Source: Nanobdellota archaeon (GTDB taxonomy: Archaea > Nanobdellota > Nanobdellia > Woesearchaeales > ARS49). Taken from it: a DNA stretch of 63,523 nt. The translations under genes were made by a program, and so were the position numbers. The DNA is taken from positions 1 through 63,523 of the forward strand of contig JBFYLW010000065.1 of assembly GCA_041305185.1 (NCBI GenBank), given 5' to 3'. This document shows positions 38,096 to 46,830 of the stretch, piece after piece. The notes under the pieces are model-generated. The model worked only from the letters and a program-made list of their open reading frames with translations, ran no database searches and was not told the origin of the DNA. Each line of letters opens with the position of its first letter. The stretch's first letter is position 1.

Positions 38096-39028
38096 ATGAG
38101 TTATACACAAAAAGCAAAAAGTTATGTTTCTAACACTGTCCGAGCAGCCGCACTGGTTGCAGGAGGAATAGCATTAGCTGTTCTTGCAGGCGGATGCAAA
38201 AGCACACCATCAGAATTGGAATTAAAAGCAGAAGCATACCGAACAGCAAGACAAACAGAAAAAACAACATATGAAGGAAAAGGAATATCAGAAAGAATAA
38301 AACACATCACAGAAAAACTCGCAGAAGCCAAAAAAGACGGCGCGATAAACCCAGCAACAAAAATGTACGAGCTGGACGAAATTATCACAGTCTATGAACA
38401 AAAAGCACGCCTTGAAAACGAAAGAAAAACATTGAAAGGCACTGATGATGAATCAAAAGCACAATTGGCCAAAATAGATGAACAATTAAACTTAGCCAAC
38501 CAATACATAACAGAACTGGCTAACAGCGACAGAGTAACAGGATACGTCATATTGAAAATACAAGAAGCACCAGGCATGCTGCCCGTAATCTCAGGACTGA
38601 TAAGCAACAACCACTTACAATTGCAAGGAACACTCGCAACACATGCACAAAACCTTGGCTTTTCAATTGAGGAAGCACTCAAAAAGAACCAAAGCGTTTA
38701 CGGAGAAGGTTTCGGCTGCACTCCAGGTCCAGTAAGAAGCGAGAGAAACAAACAACAGATAAGAGAAAGCAGCGTTGACGTTCCAAGAGAAAACTGGAAA
38801 AACCTCGCACAATTCTTCCCAGAAGTAAAAGACGGCGATACAGCCATTGGAAACGAGCTCAGAAACAAAGCTGGAGAAAGAATAACAGCAGCATCATTCG
38901 ATGATATGCTGGCAACCGGCAAAATAATCGGAGTACGCGTTGCCTATGTTGCAAAACCAGCAGAAACACAAGCAAAAACTGAAGCGCCTGCAGAAGTCAA
39001 ACCAGCAGAACTTGCTGAAAACAAATAA
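38096..39028 (+). CDS. Putative lipoprotein with a coiled-coil region
   Basis: Lipobox-like LAVLAGGC after a hydrophobic N-terminus. GGGGGG lies 6 nt before the ATG. Confidence 0.6.
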   Translation: MSYTQKAKSYVSNTVRAAALVAGGIALAVLAGGCKSTPSELELKAEAYRTARQTEKTTYEGKGISERIKHITEKLAEAKKDGAINPATKMYELDEIITVYEQKARLENERKTLKGTDDESKAQLAKIDEQLNLANQYITELANSDRVTGYVILKIQEAPGMLPVISGLISNNHLQLQGTLATHAQNLGFSIEEALKKNQSVYGEGFGCTPGPVRSERNKQQIRESSVDVPRENWKNLAQFFPEVKDGDTAIGNELRNKAGERITAASFDDMLATGKIIGVRVAYVAKPAETQAKTEAPAEVKPAELAENK

Positions 39029-39041
39029 TTTTTTTTATTTT
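39029..39041 (+). terminator. Oligo-T terminator
   Basis: A T8 run follows directly after the TAA at 39026-39028. Confidence 0.45.
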
Positions 39042-39065
39042 CATTAATTCAAAAAAGTGAAAAAA

Positions 39066-40112
39066 ATGAAAAAAACCAACACATTACCATTCATTTCCCT
39101 GCTAATAATAGCAGCCATGATTACTGCACCTCTGATAGTTGCAGACGCGTGGGATTCAGATGCCTGGGCAGTAACTGACTCAAGCTGGAGCGGAAACTCT
39201 TTCTCAGTCTTTGACTGGAGCTGGAGCGGAGACGCGTGGGCAGTAGATGATAACAGCTGGAGCGGCGACTCTTTTGCAGTAGACGATAACAGCTGGAGCG
39301 GTGATTCTTTCGCAGTAGATGATAACAGTTGGAGTGGAAGTTCAGATTACGGCAGTACAACAGGCATGGACACAACAACACCAAGCACGCCAGGAGCGAA
39401 TGACTTTGTAGAAGGACTAGGAGGAGTACCTCCAGGAGGACCACTACCACAGCCAGAACCATTCCCAACAAACGCAGACGCCAAATGGCAAAGTTTAGAT
39501 GACATAACAATATACCAAGGAGCAACATCAGGAACAACAATACAGCAAAACATATTCTCAAAATGCTCAGACCCTGATGACAAAAACCTCGAATTCAAAA
39601 TAACAAGCAAATCACAAAACTTCGAACTGGCATTCTCAGGAAGCGACCTCAAAATATACAACCTCAAAACAGCATTCATAGGAAAAGAAATAATAACAAT
39701 TGAATGCAACAAAGTACCAGAAAGCTTTGCATTAAACGTAATACCAAGACAAATAACACCAACACCGCCTGCAACAAGTTCAAGTGATGATGGAGACGGA
39801 ATCAGCGTGTTCATAGGAGCGATAAGACTGCCGGAAGAATCAACAGCAGGAGAACAAATCCCAATACTAATTTCTTTCAAAAACAGCGGCGATAAAAAGC
39901 TTGAAAACGTCAAAGCAGTAGTGGTAATAACAGACTTGGGCGTAAGAGCATCAATAGGCCCATTCGACCTGACAAAAGGAAAAAGCATAAGCAAAACAAT
40001 ATACGTGGAACTGCCTGAAGACACACAAACAGGAACATACACTGCAAGAATAACGATTGACAGCTCATCAGTCCACAGAGTAAAACACCGCGACGTAGAA
40101 GTCATATCTTAG
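39066..40112 (+). CDS. Secreted protein with Trp-rich DDNSWSGDSFAV repeats and a C-terminal CARDB/Ig-like domain
   Basis: Signal peptide MKKTNTLPFISLLIIAAMITAPLIVADA, then repeats, then a beta-sandwich-like tail (GEQIPILISFKNSGDKKLENVKAVVVITDLG...). Confidence 0.65.
   Translation: MKKTNTLPFISLLIIAAMITAPLIVADAWDSDAWAVTDSSWSGNSFSVFDWSWSGDAWAVDDNSWSGDSFAVDDNSWSGDSFAVDDNSWSGSSDYGSTTGMDTTTPSTPGANDFVEGLGGVPPGGPLPQPEPFPTNADAKWQSLDDITIYQGATSGTTIQQNIFSKCSDPDDKNLEFKITSKSQNFELAFSGSDLKIYNLKTAFIGKEIITIECNKVPESFALNVIPRQITPTPPATSSSDDGDGISVFIGAIRLPEESTAGEQIPILISFKNSGDKKLENVKAVVVITDLGVRASIGPFDLTKGKSISKTIYVELPEDTQTGTYTARITIDSSSVHRVKHRDVEVIS
39240..39347 (+). repeat. Three tandem 36-bp coding repeats, with degenerate copies upstream from about 39160
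   Basis: gcagtagatgataacagctggagcggcgactctttt / gcagtagacgataacagctggagcggtgattctttc / gcagtagatgataacagttggagtggaagttcagat. Confidence 0.85.
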
Positions 40113-40222
40113 AAAGCTTTTTATATAGGTTGTAACTGACAAGTAGTATTGAAGTTAGACTACTCTAGAATAGAAAAGAATTAATAGCAGAACAGTGTTT
40201 TGCACCGAGGGGGGATATAAAA

Positions 40223-41440
40223 ATGAAAAAAATTCACGCAATCACAGCATTGGCGCTCTTTTTAGCAATAATCAGCGCAGTTTCAGCACTGCCAGTCAAC
40301 CTTGAAGAGGTAGAAATCGACGGAACAGTACTGAAGGAAAACGCAGAAAACAGGCTCTCCCTTGAAAGAGGAGAAGACTACCAGGTAAGAATCAGGTTCA
40401 CAGCAACACAAGACATAACAGACGCAGAAGTCAGAGTGTTCGTTTCAGGATACGAGTACAGCGATATCAAAGACATTGAAGACAAAACAGCAGTATTTGA
40501 CGCAGAAACAAACGTAACCTACGTAAAAAAACTAAACATAGTCTTCCCAGATGATGTAGACACAGACGACTACAAATTAAGAGTCATAATCTCAGACAGG
40601 TACAACGACGAAAAAATAGCAAACTACAACATCAAACTCGACCTGCCAAGAAACGCACTAAAAATCGATGACATAATATTCAACCCATCAAACGGCGTAA
40701 AAGCAGGAAGCTCACTATTAACCACAGTAAGAATAGAAAACAGCGGAGAAAAAGACCAGAGCAGCGTCAAAGTCACAGTAAACATACCAGGCCTCGGCAT
40801 AAGCGCAACAGAATACATAGATGAAATAAACAATGACGATGACGAGGAAACAGAAGAAATATTCCTCAGAATACCAAAATGCGCAAAAGCAGGCAACTAC
40901 GACGCAACAATAGACGTTGAATTCTCAAACGGCAACCGAAAATTAACTGAAAAAGAAACAATACAAATCATTGCAGACGACACCTGCACAGAAGCATCAC
41001 CAAAAACAACCATAACACTCGGAAGCCAAATGCAAAATGTGGAATCAGGACAAACAGCAATATTCCCAATCACTGTAACAAATGCAGGCAAAACCAGCAA
41101 AACGTTCGTTGTAACAGTGCCAAGCGCAGACTGGGCAACAATAACAATAACGCCAACCAGCACACTCGTTGTTCCAGCTGGACAAGCACAAACAATATTC
41201 GTAAACGTGCAAACAAACAAAGAAACACCATCAGGAGCACACTCACTAACAGCAACAGTCCAATCTGACGGCAAAACAGAAGAGCTGACACTAACTTCAA
41301 CAGTGCTGCACTCAAAAACAACAGCACGCACAGTGTTCGAAGTAATATTCATCGTACTAGTGGTCCTGCTAGCAATAATCGGCATAGTACTCGCAATTGC
41401 GCACCTACGCAACAAAGGGGAAGCCGAAACATACTACTAA
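40223..41440 (+). CDS. Surface protein with CARDB/Ig-like repeats and a C-terminal TM anchor (S-layer-like candidate)
   Basis: Signal peptide, repeated beta-sandwich-like segments (LLTTVRIENSGEKDQSSVKVTVNIPGLG; TAIFPITVTNAGKTSKTFVV), and a C-terminal hydrophobic helix followed by HLRNKGE. Confidence 0.65.
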   Translation: MKKIHAITALALFLAIISAVSALPVNLEEVEIDGTVLKENAENRLSLERGEDYQVRIRFTATQDITDAEVRVFVSGYEYSDIKDIEDKTAVFDAETNVTYVKKLNIVFPDDVDTDDYKLRVIISDRYNDEKIANYNIKLDLPRNALKIDDIIFNPSNGVKAGSSLLTTVRIENSGEKDQSSVKVTVNIPGLGISATEYIDEINNDDDEETEEIFLRIPKCAKAGNYDATIDVEFSNGNRKLTEKETIQIIADDTCTEASPKTTITLGSQMQNVESGQTAIFPITVTNAGKTSKTFVVTVPSADWATITITPTSTLVVPAGQAQTIFVNVQTNKETPSGAHSLTATVQSDGKTEELTLTSTVLHSKTTARTVFEVIFIVLVVLLAIIGIVLAIAHLRNKGEAETYY

Positions 41441-41466
41441 AAAAATAACACGGTTCGGGGGGACCA

Positions 41467-43830
41467 ATGCAAAAAGCAATCATTATCATTTTGCTCATAG
41501 CATTACTTCTACCAAGCGTCAGCGCTGAATTTTTGGCATTCGGAGACCTTGAAATAAAAACAGGACCCTGCCAATCAGAAATAAGAAACCTGACAATCCA
41601 AAACACAGGACAACAAGCAACATACAGCATAACAGTCGACGGAGAAGGAAGCGACTACATCACATTCTCAGCAATCAATTTTGCGCTAAAAGCAGGACAA
41701 AAAGCACTAATCAACAGCCACTACACAATACCCTGCAACGCAAAACCAGGAACATATCCATTATCAATCTACTTTTCCGACGGAGAAATAGAACAACAAC
41801 TCGACCAGCAAATAACAATAGAACTTTCTGACAACATAAACATAACAGCCACAAACACCAGCGCAGTAATAACGCCCTGCGACACCGCAGCATACTCAAT
41901 AAACCTGCACAACCCGCTCAACTTCACAGAAATCTACACAATAACAGCAACAGGACACCCCAATGTCCACGTCAGCGAGAAACAAGCAGTACTCAAAGGA
42001 GGAGAAAGAAAAAACATAATCATAAGCGCAACACCAGACGACTGCACACAATCAGGCAGTTTCCCGCTAAAAACAGAATTCACAACTGAAAAATCACACC
42101 AGCAGAAAGAACAACTCCTGGAATTAATAATAAAATCAACAGACATACCAATACTCGCAGAGAGCATAGACAAAATCAGAACAGACTACACAGACAGCAC
42201 AGCAGAACTAACAATCGAAAACACTGGAGACAGAACAACACAATATATTCTCACTGTAGAAGGAGCAGATTGGGCAACAATAAGCCCAAAACAAGTATCA
42301 CTAAGCCCAGGACAAACAAAAACATTAGCGCTCAGACTAACACCAAAAACAGAAACGCCAAAAGGAAACTATCCACTCATACTAACAGCAACAGTTGAAG
42401 AAACAGGAATAAAATACGGCAAAGAACTTCTAGTAAAACTACAGCCACCAACATTCATCGAGAAAAACCCGGCAATTGTAATAGCAATAGCAATAATCAT
42501 ACTCGCAATAATAGCAGGAGCATACTTTGTCATCAAATACTTCAAAAGCCAAGCATTCAAAGAAGCATACAGAAAATGGAAAGAAAAAAGAGAAGCAAAA
42601 AGAAAAGCAAAAGAACAGAAAAAAGCAGAATTACTCAAAAAACAACAAGAACAACAAAAAAAAGAACATGAAAGAAAACAAGCAGAAAAAGAACACCTCA
42701 AAAAACAACTACAAAAACAAATCGAACAAGACTACAAAAAAGAATACCACGTAATAGCCAAAAAACAACTGGTAACAGGAAAAACAAAAACAAACTGGAA
42801 CAAGATATTTGCGGTAATAATCGGAATCGCAATAATACTCCTAATAATGTCGTTCTGGAGCGTAATCTCGCCAAACATAACGTACGTAGCTCTTGGATTG
42901 ATAATACTTGCAGCAATCTACCTTGCACACAAAATATCAAGATTAACAATCATAAAAGCCAAATGGAAACTGCTTTTAGAAAAACAAGAAACAAGCATAA
43001 CCTGCTGGAAAAAAGGACTCTCACTGCTAAACATCACAGCAAAAAAACCAATCAAAAACCTCAAACTAATAATAAAAAGAACAAAAGCAAGAATAGCGCC
43101 ATCACCAGCAGTATACCGAACATTCACGATAAAAACAAACACTCCAGAAGAAGCCCTGGCATTAAAAGCAACAATCACAGTATCCAAAAAATGGATAGCA
43201 TTCAAAAAAGTAAATATAGACGACATAAAACTCGCAAGATACAACAACCAAAACTGGACAACAATACCGCTCAAAAAAACAGGCGAAAACAAACAATACG
43301 TACACTTCACAGCAGACATCAAAACAGGAGCATACAGCATCTACACAAAACCACCAAAACAAACAACAAATCACACAAAAAAACTAATCTGGGGACTAAT
43401 CGCAATAGCAATAATCGCAGGAATAGCAGTCATACTCACACCAAACCCGGCACCAATAGCACACGGAATACAACCACAAACCTGGCAGCAAGACACAGTA
43501 CACAGAATAGACCTAAGCAAATACTTCAGCGACCCAGATGACGACAAACTCACCTTCACAACAACAGAAACAAAAAACGTGCTAATAGAAATATCAGGAA
43601 ACACAGCTTACATCACACCCAAAACCGGATGGAATGGAGAAGAAAAAGTAAGATTCATAGCAAACGACGGAAAAGGAGGACAGGCGAGCAGCAACACAGT
43701 CTCCCTCAGAGTACGAAGACAAATAATACCAACCTGGATACAACCGTACATAGCACTAATACTGGCAATACTAACCGCGATTTTCTTAATCTGGACAGCA
43801 GTATCACAACGTTCACAAAAGAAGAAATAA
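41467..43830 (+). CDS. Large multi-domain membrane/surface protein (Ig-like domains, several TM helices, Lys/Glu-rich coiled coil, cadherin-like DPDDD domain)
   Basis: Signal peptide; NxT-rich Ig-like segments; KEKREAKRKAKEQKKAELLKKQQEQQKKEHERKQAEKEH; DPDDDKLTFTTTE...FIANDGKGG; terminal TM helix. Confidence 0.65.
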   Translation: MQKAIIIILLIALLLPSVSAEFLAFGDLEIKTGPCQSEIRNLTIQNTGQQATYSITVDGEGSDYITFSAINFALKAGQKALINSHYTIPCNAKPGTYPLSIYFSDGEIEQQLDQQITIELSDNINITATNTSAVITPCDTAAYSINLHNPLNFTEIYTITATGHPNVHVSEKQAVLKGGERKNIIISATPDDCTQSGSFPLKTEFTTEKSHQQKEQLLELIIKSTDIPILAESIDKIRTDYTDSTAELTIENTGDRTTQYILTVEGADWATISPKQVSLSPGQTKTLALRLTPKTETPKGNYPLILTATVEETGIKYGKELLVKLQPPTFIEKNPAIVIAIAIIILAIIAGAYFVIKYFKSQAFKEAYRKWKEKREAKRKAKEQKKAELLKKQQEQQKKEHERKQAEKEHLKKQLQKQIEQDYKKEYHVIAKKQLVTGKTKTNWNKIFAVIIGIAIILLIMSFWSVISPNITYVALGLIILAAIYLAHKISRLTIIKAKWKLLLEKQETSITCWKKGLSLLNITAKKPIKNLKLIIKRTKARIAPSPAVYRTFTIKTNTPEEALALKATITVSKKWIAFKKVNIDDIKLARYNNQNWTTIPLKKTGENKQYVHFTADIKTGAYSIYTKPPKQTTNHTKKLIWGLIAIAIIAGIAVILTPNPAPIAHGIQPQTWQQDTVHRIDLSKYFSDPDDDKLTFTTTETKNVLIEISGNTAYITPKTGWNGEEKVRFIANDGKGGQASSNTVSLRVRRQIIPTWIQPYIALILAILTAIFLIWTAVSQRSQKKK

Positions 43831-44943
43831 TTCATAAACCATACCAATAGCGAACAAAAAGATTAACGCGCCATAAAAAACCCAATTCATCCTAATACTA
43901 TATTCAGGCTTTCTCTCAGAACGCTTAACAGCCTTAGCATGCATTAAAACAATAGTAATCCCGGCAATACCACCAGCAAAAGTACCTGCAACTTGCAAAG
44001 CACCAATAAAAGAATTAGCACCCAGCGCGATAAGCACAGCAGGAACAACCATAGTCAACGCCCAAGCCTCCCAACGAGGAAGACCAAAATCAATCCGATA
44101 CATATCCCTCAAAGCATAACCCAAAGCAACAAAAGAAGTAGCCATGGCAAGAATGGCAAAAACATTCAGGAAAACGCCCAAACCATCAAACAAAGAAGCC
44201 AAACCAATAGTAGCAACGTCAGTAGTAAAATTCCCAGACACCCCAACAACAGCAAACGTGAACAAAAGATAAACAAGCATAGGAATCAAAGTGCCAAAAA
44301 CAATCGCCCACTTCAACAAAGACCTGAACTTACCAAGCTCCTCACGAACCTCAGGAATAGCAGCAGTACCAATATAAGCAAACAAGATAACACCATAAGG
44401 CAATAGCAAGTTCTTCCAGGAAAAACCAGCAAGACGCGACGGAGAAAAATAACTCGAAGAAAACAAAACGATAAGAATAAAGATAAGAATAAACAATTTA
44501 ACACCCTCCATCCACAACTCAGACTTCTCAAGAACCTTCAAGCCACCATACAATAAAACGCCCATCACAACATAAAACACAATCATCCACAACCACTCAG
44601 AACCGCCAAAAATTGAAAGCAAACTCTCACCAACACCAAGAGTGTAAGCAAGCATGGCACCATAAACACCAATAACCATAGAAACCATCATCAAATACTT
44701 ACCAACCTTACCCAAATGCACCTCAGCATAACCAGCAAGCTGATGAGGCTTACTTGAACGCAAACTAATCTCGCCCATAAGCAAATGAAGCAACAACATG
44801 GCAAAACCAACAACCAAAATAACCAGCATACCAGTCCAAAAACCAGCACGTACAACAACATAAGGAATACCAAGAACACCAGCACCAATAACACAACCAG
44901 TCAAAGTGGCAATTGACTCATAAAATACACGCGGAAACTTCAT
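43813..44943 (-). CDS. Amino-acid permease (HAAAP/Trp-Tyr-permease-like)
   Basis: About 11 TM segments. The N-terminal ...TGCVIGAGVLGIPYVV is typical of aromatic/hydroxy amino-acid permeases. Confidence 0.65.
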   Translation of the reverse strand: MKFPRVFYESIATLTGCVIGAGVLGIPYVVVRAGFWTGMLVILVVGFAMLLLHLLMGEISLRSSKPHQLAGYAEVHLGKVGKYLMMVSMVIGVYGAMLAYTLGVGESLLSIFGGSEWLWMIVFYVVMGVLLYGGLKVLEKSELWMEGVKLFILIFILIVLFSSSYFSPSRLAGFSWKNLLLPYGVILFAYIGTAAIPEVREELGKFRSLLKWAIVFGTLIPMLVYLLFTFAVVGVSGNFTTDVATIGLASLFDGLGVFLNVFAILAMATSFVALGYALRDMYRIDFGLPRWEAWALTMVVPAVLIALGANSFIGALQVAGTFAGGIAGITIVLMHAKAVKRSERKPEYSIRMNWVFYGALIFLFAIGMVYELFLLL

Positions 44944-45054
44944 AATAACCTCTTTTTCAAGAACAAGCTCTTACACTGTTTTAAATGTTTTTGCAAACTT
45001 TCCCGATTTTCCCGAAAAAAACCACTGGACACACTGGACAGACGTGCACAGCGT

Positions 45055-45062
45055 ATTTAAAT
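45055..45062 (+). promoter_or_regulatory. TATA box for the PIN gene (leaderless spacing)
   Basis: atttaaat ends 23 nt before the GTG at 45085. Confidence 0.45.
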
Positions 45063-45084
45063 GAAAACACCTGCTTGATTACAG

Positions 45085-45528
45085 GTGACAAGATATTACA
45101 TCGATACATCAATATGGTTGAATCTGTTCAAACAAGAGGGTGATTCTTCCAAAGGCATTCCATATTGGCAAATAGCAAAAGAGTTTATTGAACGTGCAAT
45201 GTTTTCAAAAGATGATGAGATTATCTATTCAAATATTATTCTGCGCGAGATCAAACTAAAGCTTGGAGACTGCGCGTACATTAAAGTATATGAATTCTTT
45301 TTCAAAGAACCAAAATGCGTAAAAATTGACTTGACCAGCGATGATAAGGCAATTGCAAGACAATTGGAATCACGGTATCAGTTTGAAATAAGCTTTTACG
45401 ATCTCATACATATGGTTTTATGCAAACGCTTTAATTGCATCTTAGTCACAAGAGATAAACAACTATTAGATGTTAGTCGAGCAAACGGCATCGGTGCGTA
45501 TAAGCCTGAAGATATTATAAATTCTTGA
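45085..45528 (+). CDS. PIN-domain (VapC-like) ribonuclease
   Basis: YYIDTSIW (first acidic residue), ...FYDLIHMVLCKRFNCILVTRDKQL (distal Asp). GTG start. Confidence 0.7.
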   Translation: MTRYYIDTSIWLNLFKQEGDSSKGIPYWQIAKEFIERAMFSKDDEIIYSNIILREIKLKLGDCAYIKVYEFFFKEPKCVKIDLTSDDKAIARQLESRYQFEISFYDLIHMVLCKRFNCILVTRDKQLLDVSRANGIGAYKPEDIINS

Positions 45529-45757
45529 GTCCTTTAAGATCAGGATCCATTTTTGAAAGCATCTTTCGCATCGCACGCACTTCTTTAACTGAATCTCCTG
45601 TGTTTGGGATGATGCCAATCATACTGTCCAGAACAAATCGTCTAAGCGCATCCCGAATAACATCAGATTTGCTTGCATAGTTTCTTTTAAGTACGAGCTC
45701 ATCAATTTGCTTGATCAACCCTTTTGGAAGCCGCACTTGAACCAAGTCCATAGTCAT
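45515..45757 (-). CDS. Ribbon-helix-helix (CopG/MetJ-type) DNA-binding protein
   Basis: VRLPKGLIKQIDELVLKRNYASKSDVIRDALRRFV is a classic RHH N-terminus. Its 3' end overlaps the PIN gene 3' end by 14 nt (convergent). Confidence 0.7.
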   Translation of the reverse strand: MTMDLVQVRLPKGLIKQIDELVLKRNYASKSDVIRDALRRFVLDSMIGIIPNTGDSVKEVRAMRKMLSKMDPDLKGLKNL

Positions 45758-45760
45758 TGT

Positions 45761-45793
45761 ATTACAAATGTAATGTGAATGAATATATAAATG
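45761..45793 (-). promoter_or_regulatory. RHH gene promoter: TATA (45784-45793) plus inverted repeat attaca-aa-tgtaat (45761-45774) as a candidate operator
   Basis: The minus strand reads atttatatat about 30 nt upstream of the ATG at 45757. A perfect 6-bp inverted repeat lies between the TATA and the start. Confidence 0.45.
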
Positions 45794-45875
45794 CTTCGGC
45801 AGTTTTTAAAATATTATCTCAACACGTCGGAAAAATACCACCAATCTTATGACTTGTAGTCCTTGACACGAAATG

Positions 45876-45883
45876 TTTAAATA
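45876..45883 (+). promoter_or_regulatory. TATA box for tRNA-Trp
   Basis: tttaaata ends 25 nt before tRNA position 1. Confidence 0.6.
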
Positions 45884-45907
45884 AGCTTAAAATCGACGGT
45901 TCCTCAA

Positions 45908-45981
45908 GGGGAGATAGTTTAACCTGGCTAGAATAGGCGGCTCCAACCCGCCGGATCAGGGTTCAAATCCCTGCCTCCCCA
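45908..45981 (+). tRNA. tRNA-Trp (anticodon CCA); no encoded CCA tail, no intron
   Basis: Acceptor ggggaga/cctcccc (one A-C mismatch at 7:66). Anticodon stem ggcgg/ccgcc with loop ctCCAac. T arm caggg-ttcaaat-ccctg. Discriminator A. The D stem is weak. Confidence 0.8.
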
Positions 45982-45991
45982 CCTTATTATC

Positions 45992-46762
45992 ATGGAAGAA
46001 AAACACTATTTCAAAAGCGGCGACTTAACGCTAAGCGGAATTCTAATAAAACCTGCCAAAAAAACATACAAGTGCATTGTACTATGCCACGGCATAACCG
46101 TCGACAAAAATGAACATAACAATATCTTTGCTGAACTGGCAAAAAAACTAGCTGAAAAAGGCTTTGCAGTATTCAGATTCGATTTTAGAGCACACGGAGA
46201 AAGCGAAGGCAATTCTGTCGAACTGACAGTTACTGGCGAAAAAAGAGATTTAGAAGCTGCAATAGACTACCTGCAAAAATCAGGCTACAACACATTCGGA
46301 ATAGTGGCAGCAAGCTTTGCAGGAGGAGCAGTCTCCCTATACGCAGCCGAACACGACATCAAATCACTCGTTTTATGGAATGCAACAATAGATTATCACA
46401 GCATTCTTGAGCCAGAACTGCCCTGGGCAAAGAAAAATTTCGGAAAAAAAGCCATGCAAAAACTAGAGAGAGACGGATTTATCGCGATTGGCAGCAGCAA
46501 ATTCAAAATCGGAAAACCATTGCTCGCAGAAATAAGAAAATTAGAACCCTGGAAAGAATTATTAAAACTGAAAATTCCAATACTGTTCATCCACGGAGAC
46601 AAAGACTCCTATGTTCCCTATGCAGACTCTGTAAAATACGCAAAAATGCTAAACGCAAAACTTATTACCATAAAAGGAGCAGAACACGGATTCCACGACA
46701 AAAAAGAAAACACTGAACAAGCAGACAAAGCAACAATCGAATACTTCCTTCAAAATATGTGA
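45992..46762 (+). CDS. Alpha/beta-fold hydrolase
   Basis: LCHGITVDKNE..., AASFAGG nucleophile-elbow-like segment, and a C-terminal ...GAEHGF His region. The ATG lies 10 nt after the tRNA 3' end. Confidence 0.65.
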   Translation: MEEKHYFKSGDLTLSGILIKPAKKTYKCIVLCHGITVDKNEHNNIFAELAKKLAEKGFAVFRFDFRAHGESEGNSVELTVTGEKRDLEAAIDYLQKSGYNTFGIVAASFAGGAVSLYAAEHDIKSLVLWNATIDYHSILEPELPWAKKNFGKKAMQKLERDGFIAIGSSKFKIGKPLLAEIRKLEPWKELLKLKIPILFIHGDKDSYVPYADSVKYAKMLNAKLITIKGAEHGFHDKKENTEQADKATIEYFLQNM

Positions 46763-46830
46763 ACTTAAGCGATTAACCATAGAAATACTTATTAACCACC
46801 CCAATAGCTGTTTTATCGACGGTGAGGACA

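Noticed and set aside
39240-39347. Regular 36-bp repeats as a possible CRISPR array.
   Set aside because: The units are directly adjacent with no spacers. They lie in frame inside a secreted-protein ORF and encode the DDNSWSGDSFAV repeat.
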